Shown here piece by piece: positions 18,549 through 32,700 of a stretch of DNA of 64,000 nucleotides (position 1 is its first letter; each line of letters opens with the position of its first letter). The notes under the pieces are model-generated. The model saw only the letters and a list, made by a program, of their open reading frames with translations. It made no database searches and had not been told where the DNA came from. A program made the translations under genes and the position numbers. The stretch is taken from contig JAZDOC010000017.1 in assembly GCA_043798935.1 (NCBI GenBank), positions 64,381 to 128,380 of the forward strand. The letters are read 5' to 3'. The stretch is from Patescibacteria group bacterium. Lineage in GTDB: Bacteria; Patescibacteriota; Patescibacteriia; UBA9570; JAHJKD01.

Positions 18549-19118
18549 ATGCAAAAACAAATTGATCAAGCCGTGGGAATATTAAAACAAGGCGGTATTG
18601 TAATTTATCCCACAGACACGGCTTATGCGATTGGTTGCAAATTTAAAAATCGAACTGGGATTAACAAAATTCTTAGAATTAAAAAAAGAAAAGATAAAAA
18701 GTTTACTTTAATCGCATCTTCTTTATATCAAGTTGAAAAATTTTTTAAATTAAATTCTTGTCAGAGAAAAATTGCTAAAAAATATTGGCCCGGTCCGGTT
18801 TCTATTGTAGTTAGTAATAATTTTTCTGTTAGAGTTCCTAAAAATAATATTGCCCGACAATTAGCCAAAAGCGCCGGAGAGCCGATTATTGCCACCAGTT
18901 TAAACATTTCTGGCGAGGCGACTATATATAATTTAGAAAAAATTCAATATACGGCATTACAAAAAAAAATAAATCATGAACAAATAGAAATTGTTGATAG
19001 CGGGTCATTGACAAAACGAAAACCGTCGGCTATTATACAATGTTTTACAAACAATAAAATAAAAATATTACGCCATGGACCGATCCACATCTCGGCCGAG
19101 CAGTTCTTCACCAAGTGA
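18549..19118 (+). CDS. tsaC: L-threonylcarbamoyladenylate synthase (YrdC/TsaC)
   Basis: GGIVIYPTDTAYAIGC, KKR, YWPGPVS, PIIATSLNISG. Confidence 0.9.
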   Translation: MQKQIDQAVGILKQGGIVIYPTDTAYAIGCKFKNRTGINKILRIKKRKDKKFTLIASSLYQVEKFFKLNSCQRKIAKKYWPGPVSIVVSNNFSVRVPKNNIARQLAKSAGEPIIATSLNISGEATIYNLEKIQYTALQKKINHEQIEIVDSGSLTKRKPSAIIQCFTNNKIKILRHGPIHISAEQFFTK

Positions 19119-19935
19119 AGAAATGCAACGGCTAAAATATCTTTTAAATAAATATAAAATTAAACCGCGTCGCGAGAGTGGTCAGAATTTTTTAGTTAAT
19201 GATCAAATTGCGAAAAAGATCATTACAGCAGCTGAAGTTAATAAAGAAGATATAATTTTAGAAATCGGTTCCGGTTTAGGAGCTATGACGCCTTATTTAT
19301 GTGCGGTGGCTAAAAAAGTTATTACTGTAGAACAAGATCGAAATTTTATTCCGATTTTAAATCAATTAAAACCAGTTTGTCCAAATTTAGAAATAATAAA
19401 TAGTGATATTTTTAAAGTTAATTTAGAAAAAAACAATATTTTAAATGGTAAATTTAAAATAGTAGCTAATTTACCTTATAATATCACCTCATTAATATTC
19501 CGGTATTTTTTAGAGCATGGTCCCAGGCCATCTGTAATGAGCGTGCTTGTTCAGAAGGAAGTGGCCGAGAGGATCGTGGCTAAACCTGGCCAGTTAAGCA
19601 AGCTGGCCATATCGGTTCAGTTGTTCGGTGAGCCAAAAATTGTTCAAATTGTTCCAAAAAAAGATTTTTTTCCTGAACCCAAAATAGATTCGGCTATTTT
19701 ATTAATAAATAATATATGTTTACCAAGTAATATTTACGACATTAAGAAGTTTTTTAGAATAATAAATATTGGTTTTTCCAGTAAACGTAAAACTTTAGCT
19801 AATAATTTGTCAGTTGGATTGAAATTAGATAAAAAAGAAGCCATTTCACTGCTTCAGAAAAGCAATATTAATGTAAATTGTCGGGCGCAAGAGCTTAGTT
19901 TAGAACAATGGGGTATTATTGTTGACCGTGTATGA
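19075..19935 (+). CDS. rsmA: 16S rRNA adenine dimethyltransferase KsgA
   Basis: GQNFL, LEIGSGLG, VANLPYNITS, QKEVAERI, FPEPKIDS. Confidence 0.96.
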   Translation: MDRSTSRPSSSSPSEEMQRLKYLLNKYKIKPRRESGQNFLVNDQIAKKIITAAEVNKEDIILEIGSGLGAMTPYLCAVAKKVITVEQDRNFIPILNQLKPVCPNLEIINSDIFKVNLEKNNILNGKFKIVANLPYNITSLIFRYFLEHGPRPSVMSVLVQKEVAERIVAKPGQLSKLAISVQLFGEPKIVQIVPKKDFFPEPKIDSAILLINNICLPSNIYDIKKFFRIINIGFSSKRKTLANNLSVGLKLDKKEAISLLQKSNINVNCRAQELSLEQWGIIVDRV

Positions 19936-19980
19936 TTAAATGTGATATAATAAATTAGTCTTTATTAGCTTATTTAATGA

Positions 19981-20760
19981 ATGTCAGACATTAAACAAAT
20001 ACAAAAAAACAAACGCATCCAAAGGCAGATTATTGGAATTTTTGTGGTAGTTGGTTTAGCAGTTTTAATACTTGGTTTTTTAAATTTAAGAAGTAATTTA
20101 AAAAAGCCGTTTATAAGCTATTATACCAATTACAATAAACTTACTGATGAACAAGAACAAACCGATGCGCTTTTAGCCCTCCGCGCCAAAGATTCTGATG
20201 GCGATGGATTGACCGATTACGATGAGTTATATCAATATAAAACAAGTCCTTATATAGCAGATTCTGATTCTGATGGCTACGACGATAATACTGAAATTAG
20301 CAGCGGATATGACCCAAATTGCCCAAAAGGGCAAGATTGCAAGCGTTTAATTGATGAAACTAGCACTAATACAAACTCGGCCTCAACCAATACAGATACC
20401 AGTGAAGAGCTAACCCCTGAACATTTAAGGCAAGTATTAATTGCTAATGGAGTTTCTCAAGCAGATTTAGACTTATTAGACGACGCTACTTTAATGGAAT
20501 ACTACCAAGAGGCTATTAATGAATCCAACCAAGATGTTGAGCAGAAATACAGCGAAAATACTAATGAAACAGATCCGAATGCAGAATTATTAAATACTAA
20601 TCAGTCGACTAATAACACAGCGAGCGTGGGAAGTCTGCAAAATTTATCGGCCGATGATTTAAGAAAATTATTAATAAACACCGGCGATTTCAGTGAAGCA
20701 GACTTAGCTACCATTGATGACGATCAATTAATGAGTATTTATCAAGAATCAATAAAATAA
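19981..20760 (+). CDS. Membrane-anchored protein with DxDGDG Ca-binding (TSP3-like) repeats and a duplicated helical module
   Basis: N-terminal TM; DSDGDGLTDYDE and DSDSDGYDDNTE; LTPEHLRQVLI...YQEAI and LSADDLRKLLI...YQESI. Confidence 0.85.
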   Translation: MSDIKQIQKNKRIQRQIIGIFVVVGLAVLILGFLNLRSNLKKPFISYYTNYNKLTDEQEQTDALLALRAKDSDGDGLTDYDELYQYKTSPYIADSDSDGYDDNTEISSGYDPNCPKGQDCKRLIDETSTNTNSASTNTDTSEELTPEHLRQVLIANGVSQADLDLLDDATLMEYYQEAINESNQDVEQKYSENTNETDPNAELLNTNQSTNNTASVGSLQNLSADDLRKLLINTGDFSEADLATIDDDQLMSIYQESIK

Positions 20761-20771
20761 ATTTTTATATT

Positions 20772-23700
20772 ATGCCAACTCTACTCAAACATAAAAAAAT
20801 AATTATCAGCTTATTATTAATTAGTACGGTTTTATTAAGTATATCCGGCATTTTTTATCCAAAAACTACTTATGCATTTCCAGCTGAAATCACTACTCAA
20901 GGTCCGGATTGGCAGATAAAAAATATTAAAGAAGTTATTTTAAAAAAGCTTCAAGACATTGGTTATGGTATGTACAGAAATGCCATGAATGCTTTTTTGG
21001 GCCGAGCTGCCTATGATTTAGCCACTGCTATTGCGACTGGAGGAACCGGGCAACAACCATTAATGTTTACGGAAACACCCGGTGCTTATGTTCGAGATTT
21101 AGCTGATGCAGCTGCCGGAGCCGCTATTGAAACTTTTGCCACTGACCTTGGTTTTGATGCGGCCGCTATATGCCACCCCACTAACCCAGAATTTAAAATT
21201 AAACTTGGTCTCGACTTGGAAGGATTGTTTGGTGGGGAAAGCTATTATAAACCGGTTTGTACTTTTTCCGAGTTTCAGGATAATTGGAATGATTTTTTTC
21301 AGGATCCAGAATTTGATAAATTTGTTTCAGCCCAATGGGATCCCAAAGTAAACCCGCTTGGGCAGGCACTTTCTGCAATTGATTATGTCCAAGCTCAATA
21401 CGATGACGCTACAAAACAAGCTGAACTTGAAAGATTAGTGAGTGGCAGTTTTAAAGACTTGAAAGATCTTGGAGGACACATTACTTCGCCTGGGTCGTTA
21501 ATAGAAAAGCAATGGGGAATTACTCAAGAAACTAGTTTTGAGGGTTTAAAATCTTTAGGTTCACCACTAGCCGATGCAGCTAATATTTTTTCAAATACTT
21601 TGTTTACTAAGTTATCTAAGCGAGTTCAGCAAGGCTTGGTTTCTATAACCAGCTTAAATTTATCCAGTTTAATAGCCGGCTCATCAGGCGGTACAACTTC
21701 AGGCATTAAGGCCGCGCAAGCTACTTACACTTCCTTTAATCAGCCTAATTTTGTGACTACCGGCAGCTATGATGTACTGGCAGATTTAGCGATTTGTCCT
21801 GAAGCCAGCGCAAGCACTTCTGAAAATTGCGTTATCGGTTCTACCATGCAAACCGCTATTGAAAATAAGTGGACTGTTAATGAATTCGTGGATTATTTAT
21901 CAGAAGTACAAGGAAATTCGGAATTTAGGTTTTCTCAAGATAATATTGGCAGTCCGGAAGAAGGCATTACTTATCGTGGAATATTAGTTTTGAAAAAATA
22001 TCGCATTGTTCCGGTTGGCTGGCAATTAGCCGCTGAATTTATTCGAAGCGAGAAAACAACTCAGGAGCCAACATTAAAACAATTAATGGATTGTTATGAT
22101 GCTTGCGGTGCTGAAGGGTCGCAAGGTGAGTGTCAATATATATTGGAAAACACTACTTATTCGCCGTTTTGTAAATTAGTTGATCCGTCTTGGGTATTAA
22201 AAGCACCGGAATATTATTGTGAACGTGAAGCACCGGGCTCGAGCATTGTGTATGATGAATTTTACGATACGGATGGCATGTCGCAAACTCAAGAAACCAG
22301 AACTATTGGTCGGGCTCAAGAATGTGTGGACGAACGTGGCTGTATTCAGGAACAAGTGGAAAATATTTGTACAGCTTATGGCTATTGTTCAGCTGAAAAA
22401 AGAATTTATCGTAGCGACGGCGACGTGTGCGATGCGGCTTATGCATCGTGCCAGTCTTTTGAAGTTAAAGAAGAAGGTGATGTGCTCGAAGGGCAAACTG
22501 TTTCTTATTTAAAATACGATTTAAATTACGGCGATTGCGCTACTGATCCGGGATGTAAATGGTATTGCTTGGCGCAAGATGCCGGGGGCTCTTATATATG
22601 TAAAGATCAAGACACTGTTTATAATGTTTGCGACAATTCTGACAGCACTTATTACACGGCTGAGAGTTGTACTTGCGAAACGCAAGAAAGTTGCTGGGTA
22701 AATGCCGGATCCGGTTCAGAAGATGATAGATACCGAACTTGCAGTTTAGGTTATTGTGCTGAAGACTCAACCATAAATTTAAAATCAGACTGCGATGCCA
22801 TTAGCGGCACGTGGGTAGGAAGCGGTGCCACTTGTAATTTAGGTGATAATTGCGGTGAAACAAGCCCGTATTATAGCCATACTAATGAGCAGTGTTATTG
22901 TTCGGTTCAAAATTCTTGCGACATCTATGTTGATACCGACGGCGATGGATACACTAGTGGTTCAACCAGTTCTTGTATATATACATACGATAGCGGTGAA
23001 GCAATTAATTGCTCGTTAAGCGCTGATTGTTCAGCCGATAATGAAACTTATTCATCACAGGGTTATTGTAAAGCCTATGATGCCGGGGATAATACTTGTA
23101 TTGTTCAATCCGGTGCAGGCAGTTGTATCAATGATTTAGGAAATACTTGTACTTTTGGGTATTGCGTTAACGATGATGGCGGATATGAAAGCGACGGCAT
23201 GTTAGATTGCGCTGATGATGGGTTTACTTGGCTTACAACAGCTTGCACTAGCGATATAGCCGATGTTCCTGATGCCAGCGGTATCAATAAATATTGTACT
23301 TGCAATTTAGGTGATGCTGATATCTGCGAGGTATCTGAAGGTGGCTATTCATGCACTACCGATAGTGGTACCAAACAAATATTAGGCACCGAAGAAGAAG
23401 CTGATATTGTTCCCGACGCACCGGATTTAGTTTATAATGTTTCAATTAATTTAGATCATAATGCAGCTGAATGCGATAGTGAAAATGCAGGCTGTAATTT
23501 ATATTATAGGGTTTTATCTGATACGAACCTACTATATAACGCAACTTTCCAGACAATTTATACGGCTGGTGGCGATGAAGTTGACGATGAGTTTGATAAT
23601 CAAGATCGTTTTGGTTTCTATGCTATTACCGGGCAAGGTTGTTTAATAGACGACGCTACCGCTGGTGGATGTATCGGTTGGCAGCAGCACGGAGTAAGCG

Positions 23701-26700
23701 CTTACGCCATTAGCGGTAATGGTGATACGTATAATCATCCAGACATCATAAATACTTATGGGCAATCCATAATATTACCGGCCGATACTACTGGCACTGG
23801 CTATATTTCCAACACCATTGATACCGGTTATGAGTTAGCTGATAGAACTTTCATTTTTGCATATAGTGGTGCCAGCGATTCTTCAGCCACGCCAAAATTT
23901 GCTGTTGGCTCGGCTGATGGTTCATACTCTATAACTATTCCCACTTCCATTTCCAGCGACGAAACAGCTGATTACGATTATTATAATGAAGACGGTTCGA
24001 TTATTTCTTATAGCACTACATATCAAGATTATTATTACACCTTTACTTTCCCGAATAGCGTTACCGATACTGCTATTACGGTTTATATTTATGCGTCGAC
24101 TGAAGCTGACGTTTCAATCGATGTAGCGCAATTAACTGAAGCTTCCTCATGGAACGGTAGTTATGCCGGTTATGGAGAAAATAATGCTACATATTTATAT
24201 GGGCAAAATGTTGAATGTGAAGCCGAAGATATCGGTTGTAAATTGTATACTCCGCTAGATCAAGATGATGCCACAGCTATTCCGGCGCAAATTACCAATC
24301 CTTATTCCACGGTTTGCGGATCAGGCAGTGATTTTTCAAACATTAATTGTAATCAATGTAATAACATCGATACTGAGCTTGGCCAAGAAGATTATTATGT
24401 GGGTTGTGATTTTTATCAGGAAATGCCGCTTACAAATAATTTCCCGGTTGCATCAGATCCAACCAGTTGGACGCTTTCTGACGTTACCGAGCGGTTAGCT
24501 GTAGCTCAGCGTACCGGTTATTATTGTGCCGATACCACTATTTCTTGTTTTCCTGGCGATCCAGACGGCTATTGCGCTTCACCGCTTGATTGTGTAAATA
24601 ATGTTTCCTTAATTCCAGATACTGGCTTGTCTTGTTCGGCCAGCGCGGTTGGTTGCGAGGAATATACCAACCTCGATACTGTATCTAGTGGTGGCGAAGG
24701 ATTAGAATATTATTCTTTCATTAAACAGTGTGTTAAAGATACCGACGATAATGCTTATACATTTCATACTTGGGAAGGCTCGGATACTGATGGCTATGCC
24801 ATGGTTCTTTATAATCTTAAAGCTTCTAACATTGAAGAAGATGGCAGTGTTTGTACAGACGGCATTTGCCCGCCTTGCACGCATTTAGATCCTGAAGTCG
24901 AAGATCCTAATGCCGAATGTCTAGACAGCACCGATCCAACTTCTTTATATTATGTTGAAGATTGTACAGCCGTATATGGCACAGATCCTGATTGTGTTAA
25001 ATTATATGATGATGAATTAAATACTTATTACCGTTATGCTTCTCAAACCGTTACTGTTTCCGCCGACTGCTTAGCACTTAGAAACACTTTAGATCAACGA
25101 GTTTATTATTCCATGTTAGATGAAAGCACGACTTGTTCGGCCGCTGATGCCGGGTGCCGAGAATATCAGGGTAGCGACAGCGGAGCAGTTGAACAGATTG
25201 TTAATGAAGTTTACGATGAAAATTCTACGGATAATTGGACTGGTGCAATTTCCACTTCCAATGAATCATTATTTACCGACGATTATTCACTTCGCTTAGA
25301 TAGCGGCACTCCCGATGACGATCCATCCTTAGACGCTACAACAGCTAATACCATTACTTACAATTTATATACAACCACTACTGGTTCAGACGGCGAAACT
25401 GTTTATTATTCCGATGTGGATGCGGGCGCTACTTATATTGCTACTTTCTGGGCCAAGGGTGATGGTGCCTTAAACATTAGTTTGAATGGTGCCAGTTTAT
25501 CCGATACTTATTACTTCACAGAAACTGGTTCAGAATTAGGAAGCGCAACATCTACTGATCGCGATATCGCAATTTCCGATAGCTGGACATATTATATTCT
25601 TGGCCCCATAAATTTGCCGGCTGGTGAAGATACCGACGACGCAGCTTTAGTACTAAATTATACTGGTAGCACTTCTAGTTCAGCCGGATACATCGATAAC
25701 GTAGTGATCGAGAAAAACAGCAGTCAATATTTAGTCAAAGGCAGTTTTGACTCTTGTTACGATTATGAAGGTTGCCGACGTTATCGTGATAATGATAGAG
25801 ACACAAATTATCTAAAATCATTCAAAAGGCTTTGCGAAGATTCAGCCGTGAATTGTGAAGCCATGTTTAACACTTCCAATTCTACCAACGAATTTACCGA
25901 AATTTTCTTAACCACTAATGAATATTCAACTGATGATGTAGTCGTGCCTTATGATCAAATTCAACCGGTAATTTATAATAGTGATGAAACTTGTTCATCG
26001 ACAAATAAGGGATGCACAGCCGTAGCACTTCCAGATATTAATGAACAAACCGGATTAATAAGCTCATTAGATACGGTTTATCGTGTATTAGACCCAGATA
26101 AATACAGCGTCAGTTTATGTGAAGACCCGCATTTACAATGCAAAGAATATTATTCTGACTATGATGGTACAGTATATTTTAAAGATCCAGGAGACAGAAC
26201 TTGTGATTATAAAACCTACACCAATTCCGATGGTGCCAGTGTTTATGGATGGTTTATAAAAGATTCTGAAGCCACCAGTCCGAATTGCCCGAAAATGTAT
26301 GAATACGACGATCCGTCTCAACCAATGGGTTCGGTTTGTAATAGCAATAGCTTAACTAAAACCGGCGATAAATGTAATAACGATTATGATTGCTACCCAG
26401 ATGGCTGGTACAGTGGCATGCCCACACCGCGTTGTATTTCTCGAGTTGAAGATGATATTGATCAAGATGCTGCCAATGGCTACAGTTTAGACAGAAACAA
26501 AAATTTCGGTTGGGTTGGAACTTGTGATGAACAAAATAGTGGTTGTAGTGAATATATTGATCCTAACAGTCCGAATATTGAAGAAGCTATAAGGAATAGT
26601 GGTTTTGAAAATAATGTTAAAAATAACGTGACTGGTATTTATTATACCGGCGGTGGAACCGAGGAAGATTTGCCGGATTATTGGACGCCGGTTGATAATG

Positions 26701-29700
26701 GTGAGCCGGATGAAGAAACCACAATTACTACTTCTACCATTACCCCAACTTCATATACCGTTTCAGCTTTATCATCTGTAATCGAGCGCACTATTTCAGC
26801 CAGTTCGCCATCTACCGGAACACCTCGAAGCGGTGGTGAATTACCGGGACGGGGTGAAATTGTTGGCCCATCTTCTACCAGCACTGATTACGATATTGTT
26901 TTTGTTATTGATAATAGTGCGGGCTTAGAATTTTATGATAATGACCTTGATGATGGTGATGGTTCTTATAGCGACTTCATGGATGAAGACGATGTTGGTT
27001 GCCTGCCCCAAGGTTATGGTGCTACTTGTGAGAGTTATTCAGACATGGAAACATATATTCAAAATTTAGCCGATACTGTAACTGGTTTTTCGAGTGAATT
27101 AGACTCTAACGGTTTGACATATAAAATGGCCGTGGTTAAAGCTAGTAATCCGAGTGATGACTGGAGACCAGAAGTAGTTCAAGACATGACGAGCAGTGTT
27201 TCTGATGTGGTTAATACCATTACAGATTTAGGAAATAATGTTAGCGGTCATGAGGAACATATTTATGAAGCACTGAATTATTCTCGAGGAACTTATGTTG
27301 AAAGTGGTTATAGATTTAGCATTAGTTATGACACAGGCGCTACCAGAATAGTAATACTTTTAACTGATGCATATCCAAGTAGCGATACTCCTTCTAGTTT
27401 AGGTGATAGTTATACTAATAGTCATGGAACAAGCGGTGTTTCTTGGGATAGTTTTGATGAACGTCCTTTAAAAGAGGATATTGGAACAGGCTATACTTTA
27501 TATGCAATAGTTTCAAGTAATGATAGAACAGTTGATTATGCTTCAACTTATTATAATCCTTCGGGTGAAGCCACAACAATACTATATACTGGCACTGTTT
27601 ATGCTAATGAACCGGCTTATGACGCAATCGCATCATATACGGGCGGAGCGATTTATGAAATAGATACGGCTGATTATAATACAATTTTTTCCAGTATTAC
27701 TGATAGTATAATGGCCGATCGGGACACTGATGGCGATGGCATAGATATCGATGACGATGCTTGTTCAACTGAAGACGCATCTAGTTGTGATATCGATAGT
27801 GATGGATGTCTTGATGATGAAGATGGTGATGGTGTAAGTGATTGCGTTGATGAATGTTTAGGTTCAGACGCCAGCGATTACGATACCGACAGCAATGGCT
27901 GTATCGACGACACCGACGATGATGGCATTTTAGATGATGCGGACACAGATATCGACGCCGACGGCATAGAGGAAAGAGATTTAGATGAAGATTGGAGCTC
28001 CACTACCGATGGCGCTGAAGGAACAGCCGAGTGCTTCCAGCGCGATGAAAATAGATTTAAAGACGGCACTAATAGTTTAATGATGACCGGCGATTGTGCC
28101 ATAGTGAGCGATTATGTACCAATCGAAAGAAACAAACTTTATACACTAGAAGCATATTTCAGTATTGAAGAATATGGTCAATATGAAGGCGAAGATGATG
28201 ATAAATACCAGGATGTAAGCATTGGTGCATATTTTGTTAAATATAATGAAGACAGAAACACTTGGGAATACGTGGAAGCAACTGATGCTCAAACATATTT
28301 TGTGGCTGATAATTTAACTGTCACCCCGACCGACTATGAACAATCTGATGATTTTTCAACCGATACATCTGACCAGGATCTTTATAGCAAATGGTTGAAA
28401 GTGTCTGGTAATATCGGCATAGGATCAGACGTAGAAATCCCTGAAGATGCGGAGTTTGTTAGAATATATCTGGAAGCTAAAAATCATGGTGATGTATTAT
28501 CGCCTTGGTTCGATAAAAATGTTTGGTTTGATAGTGTAAGCTTTAAAGAGAATGATAAATATTTCATGATCGACAGCACTGTTGACGGCACTGATGAAAG
28601 AGAAGCTACTGATGAGGTGCACACTTGTATTGATCAAGACACTGAAGAAGAGGCAGTCACTTCCGATGGTGGGTGCGTAGCATTTAGAGACGCATTAAAA
28701 GATTCACAGTATTATGTACAATTTGTGACCGATGGTACATGCAATAGTTGTTCTATTACCCCAAACAGTGATTCTTGTCGGGGCGTAATTGACGCTTGCG
28801 ATACTAATGCCATATTAAAAGTTCAGAAAGATCGTGTTTGCGATGAATGGGTGGCTTGCGAGACTGCAGAAATTATTGAAGATAGCAGTGGCAGTTCAAA
28901 ATATACCTGTTTCAGTTTACAGCCGTGTAATAAAATTAACGATGAAGGTAAATGTATTTCCTGGGTGCCAAAACCGGTTTATGAGGATTTGGATACCCAA
29001 ACTGATATAACTTATTATACTGCCGCCGGCGATACAGACCAACTATATGCCATGCAAAATTTAACCGGTTATGTTAAGGCCGGTTTAACCTGGAGCGATT
29101 ATAAAATGTGTAATGGTGGTATTAATGCTGGTAATTATTGCACTTCTAATGATGACTGCTTAGATGTTGGAACATGTGAAAGCGAAGTTATTGATTTACC
29201 GGACGAAGATGGAGGTTTGGGTATGGATATTATACAATTTGTCTGTCTCGGTGGTTCGAAAAACGGTGAAGATTGTGCCAGCTCTTCTGCCTTTGGTCTT
29301 AGTGGTGATGATTCGCTTTGCGAAGGCGACTGGGATGGCGCATGTAACTTACCACTAATCGTTGAAGGTTATTATCCTTACGGTTGGATGTATGAAGCCG
29401 GAGAAGCCGGGTCTGAATACGGCGTTGAACTTATAGAATATAATAATTTTGAAAATTTATATTGTGCTGGCAATAAAATTAAAAATAGGATTCCTTGTAT
29501 AAGTAACAGCTATGAATCTGAAATCGGTAGTCATTGTTGGTCGGCTAATTTAGAAGTATATCAGAGCGACGAAGATCCTAATAATGATCCAGTTGAAGGA
29601 ACTTCAGGTGAAGATAATAAGTCAGCAGATTATTATTGTGCTAATTCAACTGAATGGAGTGAATTCCCTTTCAGCCAGCCGGCTGAATATACCGAAACCG

Positions 29701-32700
29701 GATGGTCTGGTTATATTGGTAATGAAAAAGTACAAGTGAAACAATATGATAATCAATATGGTGATAATGAGAGTATAGACATTAATAATGTGCTTAAAGC
29801 ATCGGGCGCCATGACTTCTGCTGGCGAAAACATCGGGTTAAAATATGATTTAAGCACAAATATTCAAAATAATGGATATTATGCCTTGTCTTTTAAAGGT
29901 CTTTATACTAGCAATTATTATAACGCCAATTCTGACAAACCAAGTTCAATTAGCGTGGGTTTGCGACATAATAACATAGTCACCGACGGCACTGATACTG
30001 AAACGCAAAATATTGATTGGTTTATTCAGGGTGCGGGCATGGCCGATGTGGTGTTTGTAATCGACAGTTCAAGTTCAATGAGCGGTTATATGGCTGGTGT
30101 AAAAACTGCGGCTACTGATTTAGCATCTCAGCTTCAAGCAGTCGGCATTGGCGCTAAATTTGCCATTGTTGATATGGACTATTTATCTTCATCATTATCT
30201 GGTCCTTATGAAAGGGGACAGGAATACAACAATGTTAATACATTAGATCTTGATTTAACAGATAATTTAAGCACATTTGGTAATTATATAGATACTTACA
30301 TTCAAGCAGCGCAAGCCCAAGTTGATCCTTTTGCTGCTGTTCAACAAGTAATAAACAACGATTTAACTTTAGTAGATCCTCTTGGCCCGCTTGATAGTTC
30401 AGAAATATCATACCGCGACGCATCGGAAAAAATAATTATTGTAGTTACTGATACTTATGATGAATATGTGGAGTATGATAGTCGCGATACCTCAAGTTAT
30501 GCTGGTGCTTATGATTTAGAAAACAATATTCCTTATGATGGTTATTATGCCGACTTCTTAAATAGTTCCGGATTTACCGTTTATACTATCACTACGCCAA
30601 CCATGTATAATTATGGCGATTATAATGATCTAGCTTCTTATTCTGGCGGTGCAGTTTATGATACGCTTTCTACTACAACGGCCAACTGGACTGCTACAAT
30701 TCTAGACATTTCTGATCGCATTATTGCCAATGCTGATGTATTCCAATTTTCGCAGAGCTTAGATAGCTTCGCTTTCGGACCAATTAAAGTAGTTGAAAAA
30801 AATCCTTGCACTGATAGCGATTGCGACCCGGTTGAAAATGTAGCTTCAGGTGAACTCGTCACATCAGACTTAATCTTTGTTAGCAATGACGGTATGTCGT
30901 TTGAAATTGACGACGTTTTTTTACTACCGGTGCTTGAAGTAAATAAAAATTTAAACCCGATTAGCCGATCTTGCCGAGCCTACGCTAAAGATGGAGATAA
31001 AGAGTGTGTTTATACTGAACCAAATGGCGTACAGCACAAAGGTTGGAGAGGATATTGTCTTGAAGCTGACCCGGAAAATAGTAGCCGTTGTATTACTTGG
31101 TGGCCGCTTGATGTAATTGCGGGCGAATCTACCATGTACACGCGTGAACGTGGCGGGTATAGTGGTCGATCCAATGTTTATATGTGTTTAGCCGCTAAAG
31201 GTTATGAACGCCCTGGTTTTTGTAGTGGCACTGATGTTGAGGGAAATGATTATGATAATTTAGCTCCTGGCGATGGTGTATTATGCCAACCAGGAAGTTG
31301 GGATGATACAATGGGTCGAAGTAACACATGTGGTGCTGGTGGTTTAAGCAGATGTTTTTATGGCGCTGAAGATGTAATTTCTGAAGAGTATAGCCGTGAT
31401 GGAGGTTTTGTATGTGATGTTTTATTAGCCGCAATGATTTTTGAGTGCGGAGAGAGTTATTTAATAACTGGCGGTTTAACAATTTCGGCTAATCCTTTAT
31501 GTACAGCGGCAATTACAGCTTATTCTCTAGAGTGTTTAGCCGGCTCTGGAGGAGATAATATAGACAATACTTATACAGAAAAATTTATTCATGATCCCGG
31601 TATCTGCCAAGTACAAGATGATGATGATTTACAAACAGATTGTGGAGCATACCCTTCAGAAAATACCTGGGTATGTTCTACCGATACTATTACCAATCAA
31701 GATGAGTGTGAAGAAAGCGGTGCAACATGGAGCTTGGCAAATATTAATGTCTTCGACAGTAATATAACTTATACTGGCAAATGTATTTATTATAATAATT
31801 ATGAGGACTATGGAGATGATCAAGATTTATCTGCCACACATACTTATTGTTTTTATGATGGAAATGAAGACGGTATTACTGAAATTAGAAGCACCTTTGA
31901 TTGTAATAGCGACAGTGTATGTCAAATTAGCCCTACTGTTACTGGCAAGCAGTGCGCACCCATGCAATGTGTGGGCACGAATTCTACACCATGCAGTCCG
32001 GCTTCCTGTGATGACCGATATGGTGCGTTGGTATTAAAGGGTTTACAAGCAGTTGCTAATACTCTTGATCCGTCAGGTTATACTGCTCAAGTACTTCCCG
32101 GTCTATTAACACATAATTGTGAACCAGAAGAAGCTTGCGGACAGCCGACCACTTTGCATAATAATACTAACAATTACGGTTTAGTGACTCGCAGTTGGCA
32201 GATGTATGATCCGTATCATATAAATTTAAGTGAGAAAAACTATGGTGTTATTTCCAAATTAGAAGCTAATGTGGCCGAAAAAAATATTAATATTAGTGAA
32301 ATCGAAAGTATCGATATTTTCTTGGGTGATGCCGGTAAAGGTAGCGGTGGTGATGAAGAAGCATTATTCTGGGGGCAAGGCGGTAGCGATAGTGATGGAC
32401 CTTTTAAGGATGACAATGGCACTATTACAATTACTGATTTAGCGGCGGGTTCAATTCCCGAAGAAGGCGCTGATGGTAGTAGCGACGGCCCGTGGTCGCA
32501 TTGTATGGGTGTTGACCAAGGTTCAATTGAAGGTGCAGGTTGTTGGTGGTGGGGTCAGTACGATAGCCGTGGAAAAGCCGATAAAGTTGGCGTTTATACC
32601 TCTGATGGAAATCCGATTAACGACGACAGTACTTATGATTTAGTATATGTCTGGGGTTGGAGTGATTTCATGAAGCATGATAGTGGCTGTAATGGTACCG

